This document shows positions 20,103-29,791 of a stretch of 64,000 bases of DNA, piece by piece; the first letter of the stretch is position 1, and every line of letters begins with the position of its first letter. Location: contig CAWGYD010000003.1 in the NCBI GenBank assembly GCA_963826785.1, positions 160,001 to 224,000 on the forward strand, given 5' to 3'. Both the position numbers and the translations under genes were made by a program. Source of the DNA: an uncultured delta proteobacterium. GTDB lineage: Bacteria > Desulfobacterota > Desulfobacteria > Desulfobacterales > Desulfosalsimonadaceae. Below the pieces are notes generated by a model. The model had not been told where the DNA came from and ran no database searches. It worked only from the letters and a program-made list of their open reading frames with translations.

Positions 20103-20985
20103 ACGAATACCGCGTCTCCTTCTTGAGCTTTTCCGAACTGGCAATCCACGGATGGACCATCATGCGCATGGCCGGAGAGGGGAATTTGCTCATAAATGTC
20201 AGCCGCAGGTACCAGGCCAGGTTGTTTAAAGGATAGATAATCGGCCATGGGACGGGTAGCGGAATATTGCCCAGCATCCGGATCATTTCCGGAAACGTCA
20301 GGGTGCCGTCCCCGGTGATGTTGAACCGTCCGGCAATCCGTTTTTCCAGCAGCATCGCCATGACATCGATCACATCATCTTCGTGAACGAACTGCCAGGG
20401 GCGATGGTTTGCCGGAATCATCACCAGTTTCTTTTGCAGGTGCTGTGCCATGGGATTGGTAAACCCCGGCCCCACCACAAAGCAGGGCCGGACGATGGAC
20501 ACGGCGATTTCCGGGTGCTCCGCCATGAACTGATCGAATATCGCCTCGATTTCCTTCTTGTTCTTGGCATAGGTAAAGTCGTCGTTTCCCCTCAGCGGGC
20601 TTTTTTCCGTCAGCGGCTGATCATTGTCCGCATGAAATCCATAGGCGGTGGTGGAACTGGTGTAAAGGATCTGTCTGACCTTGGCCCGGGCCGCGGATTT
20701 CAACACGTTGCGGGTGCCGCCCTTGTTGATGTCTTCCATCATGGACTTGTCATGAATGGGGGGAAGCACGTAGGCGGCATGAACAATGGTGTCGATCTTC
20801 TGGTCTGCGATCAGGTCATCCATGGAATGGCGGATATCGCGCCGGTCAAACACATATTTTGCGAATTTTTTTTCAGGCTCATGGATGTCGATGCCCACCA
20901 CCAGATCCACCCAATTCAGGGCGCAGAGTTTTTCGACGAGACGGCCGCCAATATATCCGGCTGCGCCGGTCACCAGTATTTTCAT
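20041..20985 (-). CDS. NAD-dependent epimerase/dehydratase
   Basis: MKILVTGAAGYIG, YTSSTTAYG, YAKNK, QFVHEDD. Confidence 0.9.
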   Translation of the reverse strand: MKILVTGAAGYIGGRLVEKLCALNWVDLVVGIDIHEPEKKFAKYVFDRRDIRHSMDDLIADQKIDTIVHAAYVLPPIHDKSMMEDINKGGTRNVLKSAARAKVRQILYTSSTTAYGFHADNDQPLTEKSPLRGNDDFTYAKNKKEIEAIFDQFMAEHPEIAVSIVRPCFVVGPGFTNPMAQHLQKKLVMIPANHRPWQFVHEDDVIDVMAMLLEKRIAGRFNITGDGTLTFPEMIRMLGNIPLPVPWPIIYPLNNLAWYLRLTFMSKFPSPAMRMMVHPWIASSEKLKKETRYSFKYDTRAAFADFVRHVKQQK

Positions 20986-21797
20986 TGCGTTTTCCTTGAC
21001 TGTGAATTCGATAAACCGGAATTCCGGGCGGCCGGGGACATGGTGAGCAGTTTGACCAAAAAACGTCGGGCGAAAGGCAACAGCCAGAAAAAGAAATTTA
21101 AAATCGCCGTCGTGTTGATATTCCAATGCAATTTCTGCCGATGCGCCGCTTTCCAAACCGCTTTGGCCACCTTTTTCGGTCCCAGGTAAATCCCCATTTT
21201 TTTGATGCTGTAAACTTCTTTGGGCGAATCGAGCAGGGGTGTCTTCACATAGGGGGGCCGAATGTCGCAGACAAACACGCCCTTGGGTTCGAGTTCAATA
21301 TTCAGCGCTTCGGTCATGGCCGACAGCGCGTGCTTGGTGGCCGAGTAGACGGAAAGATCCGGCACCCCGTAGATGGAGGAGGCCGAAGACATGTTGATGA
21401 TGCGCGCTTTTTGGGTCTGCTTCAGGTAGGGCAGGCAATGGTAGATCAACGTCAGGCAACCCTTGAAGTTGACGTCTACGATCTTGTGGTGGACTTTTAA
21501 GTCCACTGTTTCAAACAGGCCGAAGGAAAGGATGCCCGCATTGTTCAGCAGCACATCCAGTCGGCCGCCGGTCCGTTCGGCAAATGCATCCACCATGGAT
21601 TTTACGCTTTCAGGATCAGTGACATCCATGACTCCTGCAAAACAGGCATTGGGGCCGATTTGCGCCTCCAGGCTTTTCAAACCCGTTTCATTGACATCGA
21701 ACAGGCCAACAAACCAGCCTTTTTTGGCAAAAAGCAATGCCGTCTCCCTGCCGATGCCCGATGCCGCCCCGGTGATCAGAATGGTTTCTTTGGTCAT
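20982..21797 (-). CDS. Short-chain dehydrogenase/reductase
   Basis: TGAASGIG, LNNAG, SSASS, YSATK. Confidence 0.92.
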   Translation of the reverse strand: MTKETILITGAASGIGRETALLFAKKGWFVGLFDVNETGLKSLEAQIGPNACFAGVMDVTDPESVKSMVDAFAERTGGRLDVLLNNAGILSFGLFETVDLKVHHKIVDVNFKGCLTLIYHCLPYLKQTQKARIINMSSASSIYGVPDLSVYSATKHALSAMTEALNIELEPKGVFVCDIRPPYVKTPLLDSPKEVYSIKKMGIYLGPKKVAKAVWKAAHRQKLHWNINTTAILNFFFWLLPFARRFLVKLLTMSPAARNSGLSNSQSRKTQ

Positions 21798-22058
21798 GAG
21801 GATATCCCTGCTTTTCTTAAAGCGATGAAAAATTCGACAAAGAAAAGGGCAAATATCAGGTCGATGATGCCCGGCCCCATCATGATGAGGGGCACTTCGC
21901 CGGCGGTCCATGCCCACAGGAGACCCGCAAACACGATGAGTTTGCCGATGATCCCCATCCGGACGATATCATGGTTTTTGTAAATGTCTTTGGAAACCAG
22001 GAAGTAGCCGATACCGAAGACGAATGCCAGCCCCAGGAGTGATCAGGTTGATCTGCAT
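21794..22058 (-). pseudogene. N-terminally deleted small membrane protein
   Basis: Read manually: LGLAFVFGIGYFLVSKDIYKNHDIVRMGIIGKLIVF...IDLIFALFFVEFF...SS*. The RBS-led start MQINLI is in another frame. Confidence 0.6.
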
Positions 22059-22078
22059 GTTCTCCTCATACACAGCGG

Positions 22079-22825
22079 CTAAATCAGTTTTGCCTCTTCC
22101 TTCAACGCCTTCACCAGCGCGGGGATGTCTTCCACGATCTTTCCGCCCTGGCGCTGGGGGGGCTCCGCCATGTTGACCACGGCCACTTTGGGGGCGGTGT
22201 CCACCCCGAGGTCTGCGGGGGTAAGCTTTTTGATCTCTTTTTTCTTGGCCTTCATGATGGCCGGCAGGGCCGGATACCGGGGCTCGTTCAACCGCAGGTC
22301 GGCACTGATCACTCCGGGAAGATCCATCTCCACCACTTCGATCCCGCCGTCCACTTCCCGCTCCACCCGGGCCTTGTCGCCCACGATTTCGACTTTGGAG
22401 GCAAAGCAGGCCTGCCCCCAGCCCAGGTACGCGGAAAGCAGCTGGGACGCCTGGTTGTCGTCCACGTCGATGGCCTGCTTGCCCATCAGAACCAGATCGG
22501 GCGACTCCAAACCAACGACCTTGACCAGGAGACGGGCCACCGCGTCCGAATCGATATCGCTGCCGGCCGCCACGTGGATCCCCCGGTCCGCCCCCATGGA
22601 CAGGCCGTATCGGATTTCGGTAACCGCCTTGTCGTCCCCGATGCCGATGACGACCACCTCGCCTCCCTGATCCTCCTTGATGCGCAGGGCCTCTTCGATG
22701 GCGATTTCATCAAAGGGGTTCACCTTGAAACTCACTGAGGACATCTCGATGCCCGTGCCGTCGGGCTTGACCTTGATCTTCATATCCGGGTCCGTGACCC
22801 GTTTTGCTGTGACCAGAATTTTCAT
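22079..22825 (-). CDS. etfB: Electron transfer flavoprotein beta subunit
   Basis: VNPFDEIAIEEALR, GKQAIDVDDNQ, REVDGG, LNEPRY. Confidence 0.95.
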   Translation of the reverse strand: MKILVTAKRVTDPDMKIKVKPDGTGIEMSSVSFKVNPFDEIAIEEALRIKEDQGGEVVVIGIGDDKAVTEIRYGLSMGADRGIHVAAGSDIDSDAVARLLVKVVGLESPDLVLMGKQAIDVDDNQASQLLSAYLGWGQACFASKVEIVGDKARVEREVDGGIEVVEMDLPGVISADLRLNEPRYPALPAIMKAKKKEIKKLTPADLGVDTAPKVAVVNMAEPPQRQGGKIVEDIPALVKALKEEAKLI

Positions 22826-22849
22826 GAACGGCTCCTCTAATTTTTCTGA

Positions 22850-22872
22850 ATGCCCGCCTTCGCGGGCATGAC
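22850..22872. repeat. REP-like hairpin half
   Basis: ATGCCCGC-CTTC-GCGGGCATGAC, same style as the hairpins near 8393 and 26098. Confidence 0.55.
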
Positions 22873-22928
22873 CTCATTGAGCGGAATACGCGACTTTTCG
22901 ATGGCGCCCATCATTCCATTTAAATACG

Positions 22929-24971
22929 CTATGATTCTTCCACCGCTTCCAATACCATCTGGGACAAATCCCGAACGCAGATTTCTGCTTCCAGGCCTTT
23001 TTCCCTGATGGCGTCATCGAGCATGATCAGGCAGTATGGACAGGCGGTGGCCACGGTTTTGGCGCCGGTTTTCATCAACTGGTCCAATCTTTCGGCGTTG
23101 ATCCTTTTGCCGGTCTTTTCCTCCATCCACATCCGGCCGCCGCCGGCCCCGCAGCAAAAGCCCGTCCGCTCCTTCCGCTCGGCCTCCACCATCTCCACGC
23201 CGGGGATGAACCGGGCGAGGTCCCGGGGGACATCAAACAGGTTGTTGTAGCGGCCCAGATAGCAGGAGTCGTGGTAGACCACGGGGCCGGTCCCGGCAAA
23301 ACGCTTCGCGTTTTTGATCACGCCCCGGTGCGCCAGTTCCCGGATCAGCTCGGTGTGGTGCAGGACCTGGTAGTTCCGTCCAAACTGGGGGTATTCGTTT
23401 TTAAAGGTGTTGAAACAGTGGGGGCAGGCGGTGATGATCTTTTTCACCCCCAGGGTGTCGAACATTTCGATGTTGAAGTTGATCATGTGCTGGGCCAGAT
23501 ACTCGTTTCCCAGGCGGCGGGCGGTCTCACCGCAGCACATCTCGTCGTTTCCGAGGCAGGCGAAACTGATTCCCGCCTTCTGGAGAATTTTGACAATGGC
23601 AATGGCGGCCTTGCGGTACCGGTCGTCGAAAGAACCTGCGCACCCCACGTAAAACAGGTACTCAAATTCCGGGTTCTCCTCCGGGGTTTGAACCCCCAGA
23701 TCCTTAAACCAGTCACCCCGGGTGTTGGAGGCCAGCCCCCAGGGATTGGAGAGGTTTTCAAACCCCTTGAATGCCTGGCGCAGCTCCCTGGGAAACTTGC
23801 TTTCCACCTGCACCAGGTGGCGCCTCATGTCGATGATGTTGTCCACGTGCTCGATGAGCAGGGGGCAGTTGGCGATGCAGTGTCCGCAGGTGGTGCACGA
23901 CCAGATGGTCTCCTCTGAAATAACGTCCCCGATCAGGCCCTCCCCTTCCCATTTTTCCAGGATTTCCTTGGCCGGCACCGGCCCCTGGCGGTAGAAGGCA
24001 AGGGCCGCCTTGGCCATGGTCGGGGTTTTCCGCTTCAGGTGCTCCCGCTCATCCATGATGACGCGCATGGGGGAAAGGGGTTTGCCGGTCAGGTGCGCCG
24101 GGCAGTTGGCCTGGCACCGGCCGCATTCGGCGCACGTATACATGTCCAGGCCGCGCTTCCAGGAGAAATCTTCCAGGCGTCCCACCCCGAAAAGCGCCTC
24201 CTCGCTTTCAAGATCCATCTGGGGCAGCGCGCCGCGCGGCTTGGTGGAATGCATGAAGATGGAGGGAATGGAGGTGAGTTCGTGAAACTGCTTGCAGTAG
24301 GGAAGATAATTGATAAACGAAAATGCCAGCAGCAGGTGACCCCAGAACCCCACCGCATGGAGGGTGGCAGTGGCAGGGTCGGCCGCGGTAAAGCCCATGC
24401 CCGAAAGCATGTGCCTGCCGAACACGCCCAGAAATGCCGTGGCCTGCTCCGGGTGGCCGGGATTAAGGATAAACAGCGTCGACTCATAGAGCCAGTCCAT
24501 GGCCATCATGCCAAATATCCACAACAGAATCACCAGGGCCTCGGCCGACAGGATCATGCGCGAGGGCCGGTTCAACACCCGGTTGTAAAAGGCCAGGCCG
24601 CACCCGGCCATTACCGACAGGGTGAACAGGTCCTTGATAAAGGCATAGGCGGGGCCCAGGCCTTCGGGGCCGAATCCGGGAAGATGCCAGTCAAGGATAA
24701 ATCCCCGGCCGATGATGTGGATCGTGTTGATGGTGACCACCAGGGCGCCCCAGAAGATCAGGACATGGGCCATGCCGTGAAACCGTTCGAAAGAGCGCAG
24801 AAACCGCAATTGCCCGAAGGCATATTTGAGCGTATCGAATATCCGGCGCCAGGGGTTGTCCCAGCGGATATCCGGCTGCATCACAAATAACGGCAGCAGC
24901 CGGCGGGAGATGGACCAGGCCAGCCCCGCAAAGGAGGCCAGCAGCAAGAGTGCCGTCATCAGGGGGTTCAT
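22929..24971 (-). CDS. Membrane-bound Fe-S oxidoreductase (DUF224/HdrD-like CCG domains; ETF:quinone oxidoreductase-like)
   Basis: TM N-terminus with His residues, CAECGRCQANCP, CTTCGHCIANCP, CCGE/ACPHC and CCGAGGG/ACPYC. Confidence 0.9.
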   Translation of the reverse strand: MNPLMTALLLLASFAGLAWSISRRLLPLFVMQPDIRWDNPWRRIFDTLKYAFGQLRFLRSFERFHGMAHVLIFWGALVVTINTIHIIGRGFILDWHLPGFGPEGLGPAYAFIKDLFTLSVMAGCGLAFYNRVLNRPSRMILSAEALVILLWIFGMMAMDWLYESTLFILNPGHPEQATAFLGVFGRHMLSGMGFTAADPATATLHAVGFWGHLLLAFSFINYLPYCKQFHELTSIPSIFMHSTKPRGALPQMDLESEEALFGVGRLEDFSWKRGLDMYTCAECGRCQANCPAHLTGKPLSPMRVIMDEREHLKRKTPTMAKAALAFYRQGPVPAKEILEKWEGEGLIGDVISEETIWSCTTCGHCIANCPLLIEHVDNIIDMRRHLVQVESKFPRELRQAFKGFENLSNPWGLASNTRGDWFKDLGVQTPEENPEFEYLFYVGCAGSFDDRYRKAAIAIVKILQKAGISFACLGNDEMCCGETARRLGNEYLAQHMINFNIEMFDTLGVKKIITACPHCFNTFKNEYPQFGRNYQVLHHTELIRELAHRGVIKNAKRFAGTGPVVYHDSCYLGRYNNLFDVPRDLARFIPGVEMVEAERKERTGFCCGAGGGRMWMEEKTGKRINAERLDQLMKTGAKTVATACPYCLIMLDDAIREKGLEAEICVRDLSQMVLEAVEES

Positions 24972-24972
24972 T

Positions 24973-25932
24973 TTAAGACTTCATCTCCTTGTCCAGTTCT
25001 TCGGTAAGCTGGGGGACCGCCTTGAACAGGTCGGCCACCACCCCGAAATCGGCGATCTGAAAGATGGGGGCCTCCTCGTCCTTGTTGATGGCCACGATCA
25101 CCTTGGAGTTCTTCATGCCCGCCTGGTGCTGGATGGAGCCGGAAAGCCCCACGGCCACGTAAAGCTCCGGGGCCACGATCTTGCCAGTCTGTCCGATCTG
25201 CAGGTCGTTTGGCATCCAGCCGGCGTCCACGGCCGCCCGGGTGGCGCCCACGGCCCCGCCGAACAGGTCGGCCAGCTTCTCCAGAATGGCGAAATTCTGG
25301 CTGCCGTTGACCCCCCGGCCGCCGGTAACCACCACCCTGGCCTCGGTGGGGTCTGGCCGCTCGCTCTGGGTCACCCGCATCTCGATAAAGCGGGTTTTTG
25401 TAGGGGGGACATCGATGGCAAGATTCTCCACGGCCGATTCGGAACCCTCCGGTTCGGCCGCGGCAAAGGCGGTGGGCTGCAGCGTGAACACCTTGACGGC
25501 GGTTTTGATATTGACGGTGGCCAGCACGTTTCCCGCCCACATCCCCCGGAAAAAATGCACACCGTCAAACCCGATGACATCGGAGGCCATGCCGGCCAAA
25601 AGCGCGACCGCCACCCGGGGCATCATGTCCTTGCCCGTGGTCCCCGAACTCATCCCCACCAGCACCGCGCCGCATGCTTTGGCGGCCTCGGCGGCCGCCC
25701 ACGACCAGGTTTCGGCCGTGTAGTTTTTTAAACCGGGATCGTCGCACACCAGGATTTTCGCGGCCCCATACGATTTGAGACTGCCGGCCACGCCGGATAC
25801 GTCGCTTCCGATAACCGCCAGGCACAGATCGGTTTTGAGCTTTGCGGCCGCGTCCCGGCCAAAGGATAAGGCGTTTAAGGTTGATTTTTTGACCTTGCCG
25901 TCCTGATGCTCCGCGATGATTAAGACAGACAT
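24973..25932 (-). CDS. etfA: Electron transfer flavoprotein alpha subunit
   Basis: [38 protein letters not shown]. Confidence 0.95.
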   Translation of the reverse strand: MSVLIIAEHQDGKVKKSTLNALSFGRDAAAKLKTDLCLAVIGSDVSGVAGSLKSYGAAKILVCDDPGLKNYTAETWSWAAAEAAKACGAVLVGMSSGTTGKDMMPRVAVALLAGMASDVIGFDGVHFFRGMWAGNVLATVNIKTAVKVFTLQPTAFAAAEPEGSESAVENLAIDVPPTKTRFIEMRVTQSERPDPTEARVVVTGGRGVNGSQNFAILEKLADLFGGAVGATRAAVDAGWMPNDLQIGQTGKIVAPELYVAVGLSGSIQHQAGMKNSKVIVAINKDEEAPIFQIADFGVVADLFKAVPQLTEELDKEMKS

Positions 25933-26001
25933 CTCGTGGGTGTCTCCTCGAATATTGAATTTTTTGTGATTGAAAATCTGAGGAATGGGGAAACGGGGGA
26001 T

Positions 26002-26178
26002 TGGAATAATGGAATGTTGGAATGATGGATAAAAAAATAGTCCAAATCGGCCAGGTCGTCATTCGGCGGAGGCCGGAACCCAGTGAATAGCCGAACTGGC
26101 CCCCGGCCTTCGCCGGGGTGATAAAACTGCAGGGAATCCATCCCCATCATTCCACTATTCCACTATTCCATCATTCCA
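26002..26178. repeat. Composite palindrome: inverted 8-mer tandem arrays around a REP-like core
   Basis: (TGGAATRN)x3 on the left, (NYATTCCA)x4 on the right, core GTCATTCGGCGGAGGCCGGAA...CCCCGGCCTTCGCCGGGG. Confidence 0.75.
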
Positions 26179-26227
26179 TTTTCCCCCCTGTTCATTTGCC
26201 TGCGATATCCCTCCGATGAAGGCCCCC

Positions 26228-27466
26228 TTATACCTTCTCGAGGATGTGGATACACATGGCGGCTTCTTCCACGCCGATGTTGCCGCCGCCGTTTTCGGCA
26301 AGACCCAGCCGGGCCCCTTCCACCTGCCGCTTGCCCGCCTCGCCCCGCAGCTGGACCCCCAGTTCGTAGATCTGGGCCAGCCCGGAGGCCCCGATGGGAT
26401 GGCCGCGGCATTCCAGGCCGCCGGAAGTGTTCACCGGCTGTTTGCCGCCCAGTCTGGTGGCGCCGGATTCCGCAAATGGGCCGCCCTCGCCCATGGGGCA
26501 GAATCCCATGGCCTCCGTCTGGTGCAGTTCCCCATAGGAAGTGGCGTCGTGAAGTTCGGCCAGGCTGATGTCTTCCGGCCCCACACCGGCCTGGGCATAG
26601 GCCTGCTTCACCAGTCGTTCGCCGATATCTTCACCATCGAAATCCCGGTCGGTGCCCGACCCATGCACCGAGGCCCGGATTTTGACCGGGCGGGCATTTT
26701 TCAACTTCTTCAGGAAATTTTCCGAGCAGACGATGGCGGCCGCCGCGCCGTCTCCCACCGGGGCGCACATGGCCCGGGTCAGGGGATAGGCGATGGCTTT
26801 GTCGGCCAGCACATCGTCTATGCTCATGTCCATCTGGTACTGGGCCATGGGGTTGAGCGATCCATGAAAATGGTTCTTGGCGCAGATGGCGGCCAACTGG
26901 CGCTGGGTGGAGCCGAATTTGCTCATGTGCCATCTTGCGCCCATGGCATAGGCGTCCATGAAGATGGACCGGCCTGCCCCCGGCGGGGTCTGCCCCTCGG
27001 GGATCTCCACCTGGAACATGGAATTGGCCTTTTCCATCATCTCCAGTTGGGTGGCAAAATTGTCCACGTCCATGCAGGTGGCGTAGGCGGAAAGGGATTT
27101 CATCTTGTCCGGATCGGTGATCTTTTCCGAGCCGATGGCGATGGCCACCTCATACAGCCCCGCCCGGATTCCGGCATAGGCGAGATGCAAGGCAGTGGAT
27201 GCGCCCGCGCAGGCGTTTTCCACGTTGACCACCGGGATGGCCCCGATTCCCATGGACCGCAGCACCACCTGTCCCCGGATGGAATGCTGGTTGGAAAACA
27301 TGCCCCAGAAGGTGTTGGCGAAAAATGCGGCCTGGATATCCTTGTTTTCCAGTCCGGCGTCGGCCAGGGCCAGGCGCACCACCTCATGGGCCATGTCCCG
27401 GACCCCCCGGTCCGGGTACTTGTTGAAGCGGATCATGCCCAGCCCGGCAATGTATACGTTTGTCAT
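26228..27466 (-). CDS. Thiolase family protein, SCP2/SCPx type
   Basis: ENACAGAS, ELHDAT, GHPIGASG and C-terminal ENGGG instead of CxGxG. Confidence 0.9.
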   Translation of the reverse strand: MTNVYIAGLGMIRFNKYPDRGVRDMAHEVVRLALADAGLENKDIQAAFFANTFWGMFSNQHSIRGQVVLRSMGIGAIPVVNVENACAGASTALHLAYAGIRAGLYEVAIAIGSEKITDPDKMKSLSAYATCMDVDNFATQLEMMEKANSMFQVEIPEGQTPPGAGRSIFMDAYAMGARWHMSKFGSTQRQLAAICAKNHFHGSLNPMAQYQMDMSIDDVLADKAIAYPLTRAMCAPVGDGAAAAIVCSENFLKKLKNARPVKIRASVHGSGTDRDFDGEDIGERLVKQAYAQAGVGPEDISLAELHDATSYGELHQTEAMGFCPMGEGGPFAESGATRLGGKQPVNTSGGLECRGHPIGASGLAQIYELGVQLRGEAGKRQVEGARLGLAENGGGNIGVEEAAMCIHILEKV

Positions 27467-27522
27467 TGCTGAATCACTCCTTCCTGTAAAGCCGAATTTT
27501 CAAGTTGATCATTTAGACCGTC

Positions 27523-27689
27523 ATGCCTCAAGGTTCAGAAAATGGCAGATGGATTTCGTTTCAGCCTCAGAGGGCCGCAGCGATTTTCAGAGGAAGCCGT
27601 TTTGAAGAGCATAGCCTGTGCTATGTTGAGGATTTCAAAATCGCAGACGCCGGCCTGGGACAAAAGATGCTGTTTCTGAATAGGCATTA
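27523..27689. mobile_element. Degenerate MITE-like palindromic element
   Basis: Ends ATGCCT..TTCAGAAA and TTTCTGAATAGGCATTA. Inner GCGATTTT/AAAATCGC and CATAGC/GCTATG. Its end coincides with the ACAD stop codon. Confidence 0.55.
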
Positions 27690-28943
27690 AAAATCCAGTC
27701 GCGGATAGGTGTGTATCATCTTGTGCCCGCCGGCGATGGCCAGGGTGTCGTTGGAGCCGTCCTCGATGAGCATGGCCCGGGCGTCGCGAAACAGCTTCTC
27801 GATGAGGTACTCCTTGGTCAGGCCGTTTCCGCCGAAGATCTGGATGGCGTCGTTGCACACGTCGAATGCCGACTGGCAGCCGTACACCTTGGCAATGTTG
27901 GAATATTCTTCGGCCGGGGTGGAGGTGTTCTGGTTGAGACAATAAGCGGCCCGGGCGATCAGCCGGGTGGTTTCCACCTTGGAAAACATGTGAAACAGTT
28001 TCTGCTGCACATTGGGAAAATCAATGAGCTTCTTGCCACCCTGAACCCGGTTTTTGGCATATTCCAGGGTCTCGTCCAGGGCGGCCCGGGCAATTCCCGT
28101 GGCAAAAATGCCCATCATGGCGGTGGTGGTGGACAAAACGATTTCGATCAACGCCTCATAGGCCTCCGCTCCGGCGATCAGGTAGTCCCTGGAAACCCGC
28201 ACGTTGTCGAAAAAGATTTCCCCCTGGTTTAAATCCCGCTGGCCCAGCTTGTTCAATGGCTTTCCCTTGGAAACGCCGGGCAGGTCCAGCGGCATGGCGA
28301 AAATGGCCCCGCCGGCATGCCCCATGGAAGGGTCGATCTGACAGAACAGGGCGCAGTGGGTGGAGATGGTCCCGCAGGACACCCAGGCGGATTTCTGGCC
28401 CGAAATCACGTATTCATCCCCGTCCAGCCGTGCCTTGCACTGGGCCTTGATGTTGGGGTCCGAAAAACTGGGGTAGAACGGCATCAGGGTGTCCGAGCCG
28501 TGGTCCGGCTCCGTGATGCCCCAGCACCCGATGATGGAAGCATCCCGGCAGGCGCAGAAGGGCTCGATGATCTTTTCGATCAGGGCTTCTTCGGCCACCA
28601 GGGCCGCGCCGAAGGCGGGAAAGGCCGCCACGCCCAGGGCCACGGTGAGCCCCACGCTTCCCCAGGCCAGCTCTTCATAGATGATGGCCTGCTGTTTGGA
28701 GGTCAGGTCCATCCCCCCGTAGCTTTCCGGGATCAGGATGGTGTGGTAGCCCAGTTCATAGGCCTTTTTCATGAAATCCCAGAAGGGCGAATCCTTGGCG
28801 ATCACCTGTTCGGGGGTCATTTCATCCAGCTGCTTGGCCACGGGGCGCATCACTTCCTTGGCAAACCGGTGCGCGCTCGCCTTGAGCGCGATATCGTCTT
28901 CGGTCAGGGTAAGGTCGAGATCCAGATAGTTCATTAAGTTCAC
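27687..28943 (-). CDS. Acyl-CoA dehydrogenase
   Basis: WGITEPDHGSD, ISGQKSAWVS, RVQGGK, AIQIFGGNG, IEDGSND. Confidence 0.94.
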   Translation of the reverse strand: MNLMNYLDLDLTLTEDDIALKASAHRFAKEVMRPVAKQLDEMTPEQVIAKDSPFWDFMKKAYELGYHTILIPESYGGMDLTSKQQAIIYEELAWGSVGLTVALGVAAFPAFGAALVAEEALIEKIIEPFCACRDASIIGCWGITEPDHGSDTLMPFYPSFSDPNIKAQCKARLDGDEYVISGQKSAWVSCGTISTHCALFCQIDPSMGHAGGAIFAMPLDLPGVSKGKPLNKLGQRDLNQGEIFFDNVRVSRDYLIAGAEAYEALIEIVLSTTTAMMGIFATGIARAALDETLEYAKNRVQGGKKLIDFPNVQQKLFHMFSKVETTRLIARAAYCLNQNTSTPAEEYSNIAKVYGCQSAFDVCNDAIQIFGGNGLTKEYLIEKLFRDARAMLIEDGSNDTLAIAGGHKMIHTYPRLDF

Positions 28944-28952
28944 CTCATTTCT

Positions 28953-29789
28953 TTATTTTTTATCCTTGTAGCGCGCGGCGATCTTGTCGGCATGCTTGAC
29001 CACGATTTCCGGCACCTGCTCGAACAGGACCTGCTGCATCACCTCCATGACCTCCTCTGAATACCCGATCCCCATGAATTCCGGCGGCGCCCACCAGTCG
29101 TCCTTGGTCTTGTACATGGGGGTGCCGCCGCCGGGGAATGCGGCAAACATGCCGGGAACGCAGTTGACCATATCCTGTTTGTCCAGTTCATAGGACATGG
29201 ACTTGTGCATCTCCTCCCGGCTGTAATAGACCATATCCCGGGGCGGACCCAGGGCCAGGCCGAGCTTGACATCCATTTTGGGCATAAAGCCCAGGGCATT
29301 TAACGCAAAGCCCACCGATCCCATGATCCGGTTGTCCACCCGCTGCTGCCAGGCCGAGGCGCAGGCCCAGTCGCAGGCCATGGCCCAGTCCAGCACTTTC
29401 CAGTTGCACGACGGCCCGCCCAGCTGGCCGCCGCCCCGGTATTCCTTGCTGTAGGCATTGAATTCCTTGCAGGTGGAAAACCCGCAGGCCCCGCAGTTCC
29501 AGTTGAGGTTGGAGGTGGAAACCTTGCCGCCGATGGCGATGATGACCGGGGATTCGCCTTTATCATAGCAGTTCTTAATGGTTTCGTAATCCCATTTGAC
29601 ATAGCGCATCACGTTTCCCACCGGCCCCATCACCTCGATGATCGGCTCCAGGTCCTCTCCCCAGATGATTTCGGCCTCCACCTGGGTTTTGCCGGTGATC
29701 TGGGGGGCCTTGTGGATGGCCATGACGATGTTCTTGGCCACCTCCACCAGGTGGTCTAAACTGAATTGTTTTCCCGTCAGGTGTCCCAT
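28953..29789 (-). CDS. DUF2148-like ferredoxin-domain protein, paralogue 2
   Basis: AIHKAPQITG, NCGACGFSTC, GPSC, VDNRIMGSVG. Confidence 0.75.
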   Translation of the reverse strand: MGHLTGKQFSLDHLVEVAKNIVMAIHKAPQITGKTQVEAEIIWGEDLEPIIEVMGPVGNVMRYVKWDYETIKNCYDKGESPVIIAIGGKVSTSNLNWNCGACGFSTCKEFNAYSKEYRGGGQLGGPSCNWKVLDWAMACDWACASAWQQRVDNRIMGSVGFALNALGFMPKMDVKLGLALGPPRDMVYYSREEMHKSMSYELDKQDMVNCVPGMFAAFPGGGTPMYKTKDDWWAPPEFMGIGYSEEVMEVMQQVLFEQVPEIVVKHADKIAARYKDKK

Positions 29790-29791
29790 GA

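Noticed and set aside
26002..26178. Possible CRISPR array
   Set aside because: These are 8-bp tandem units without unique spacers, and there are no cas genes in the window.
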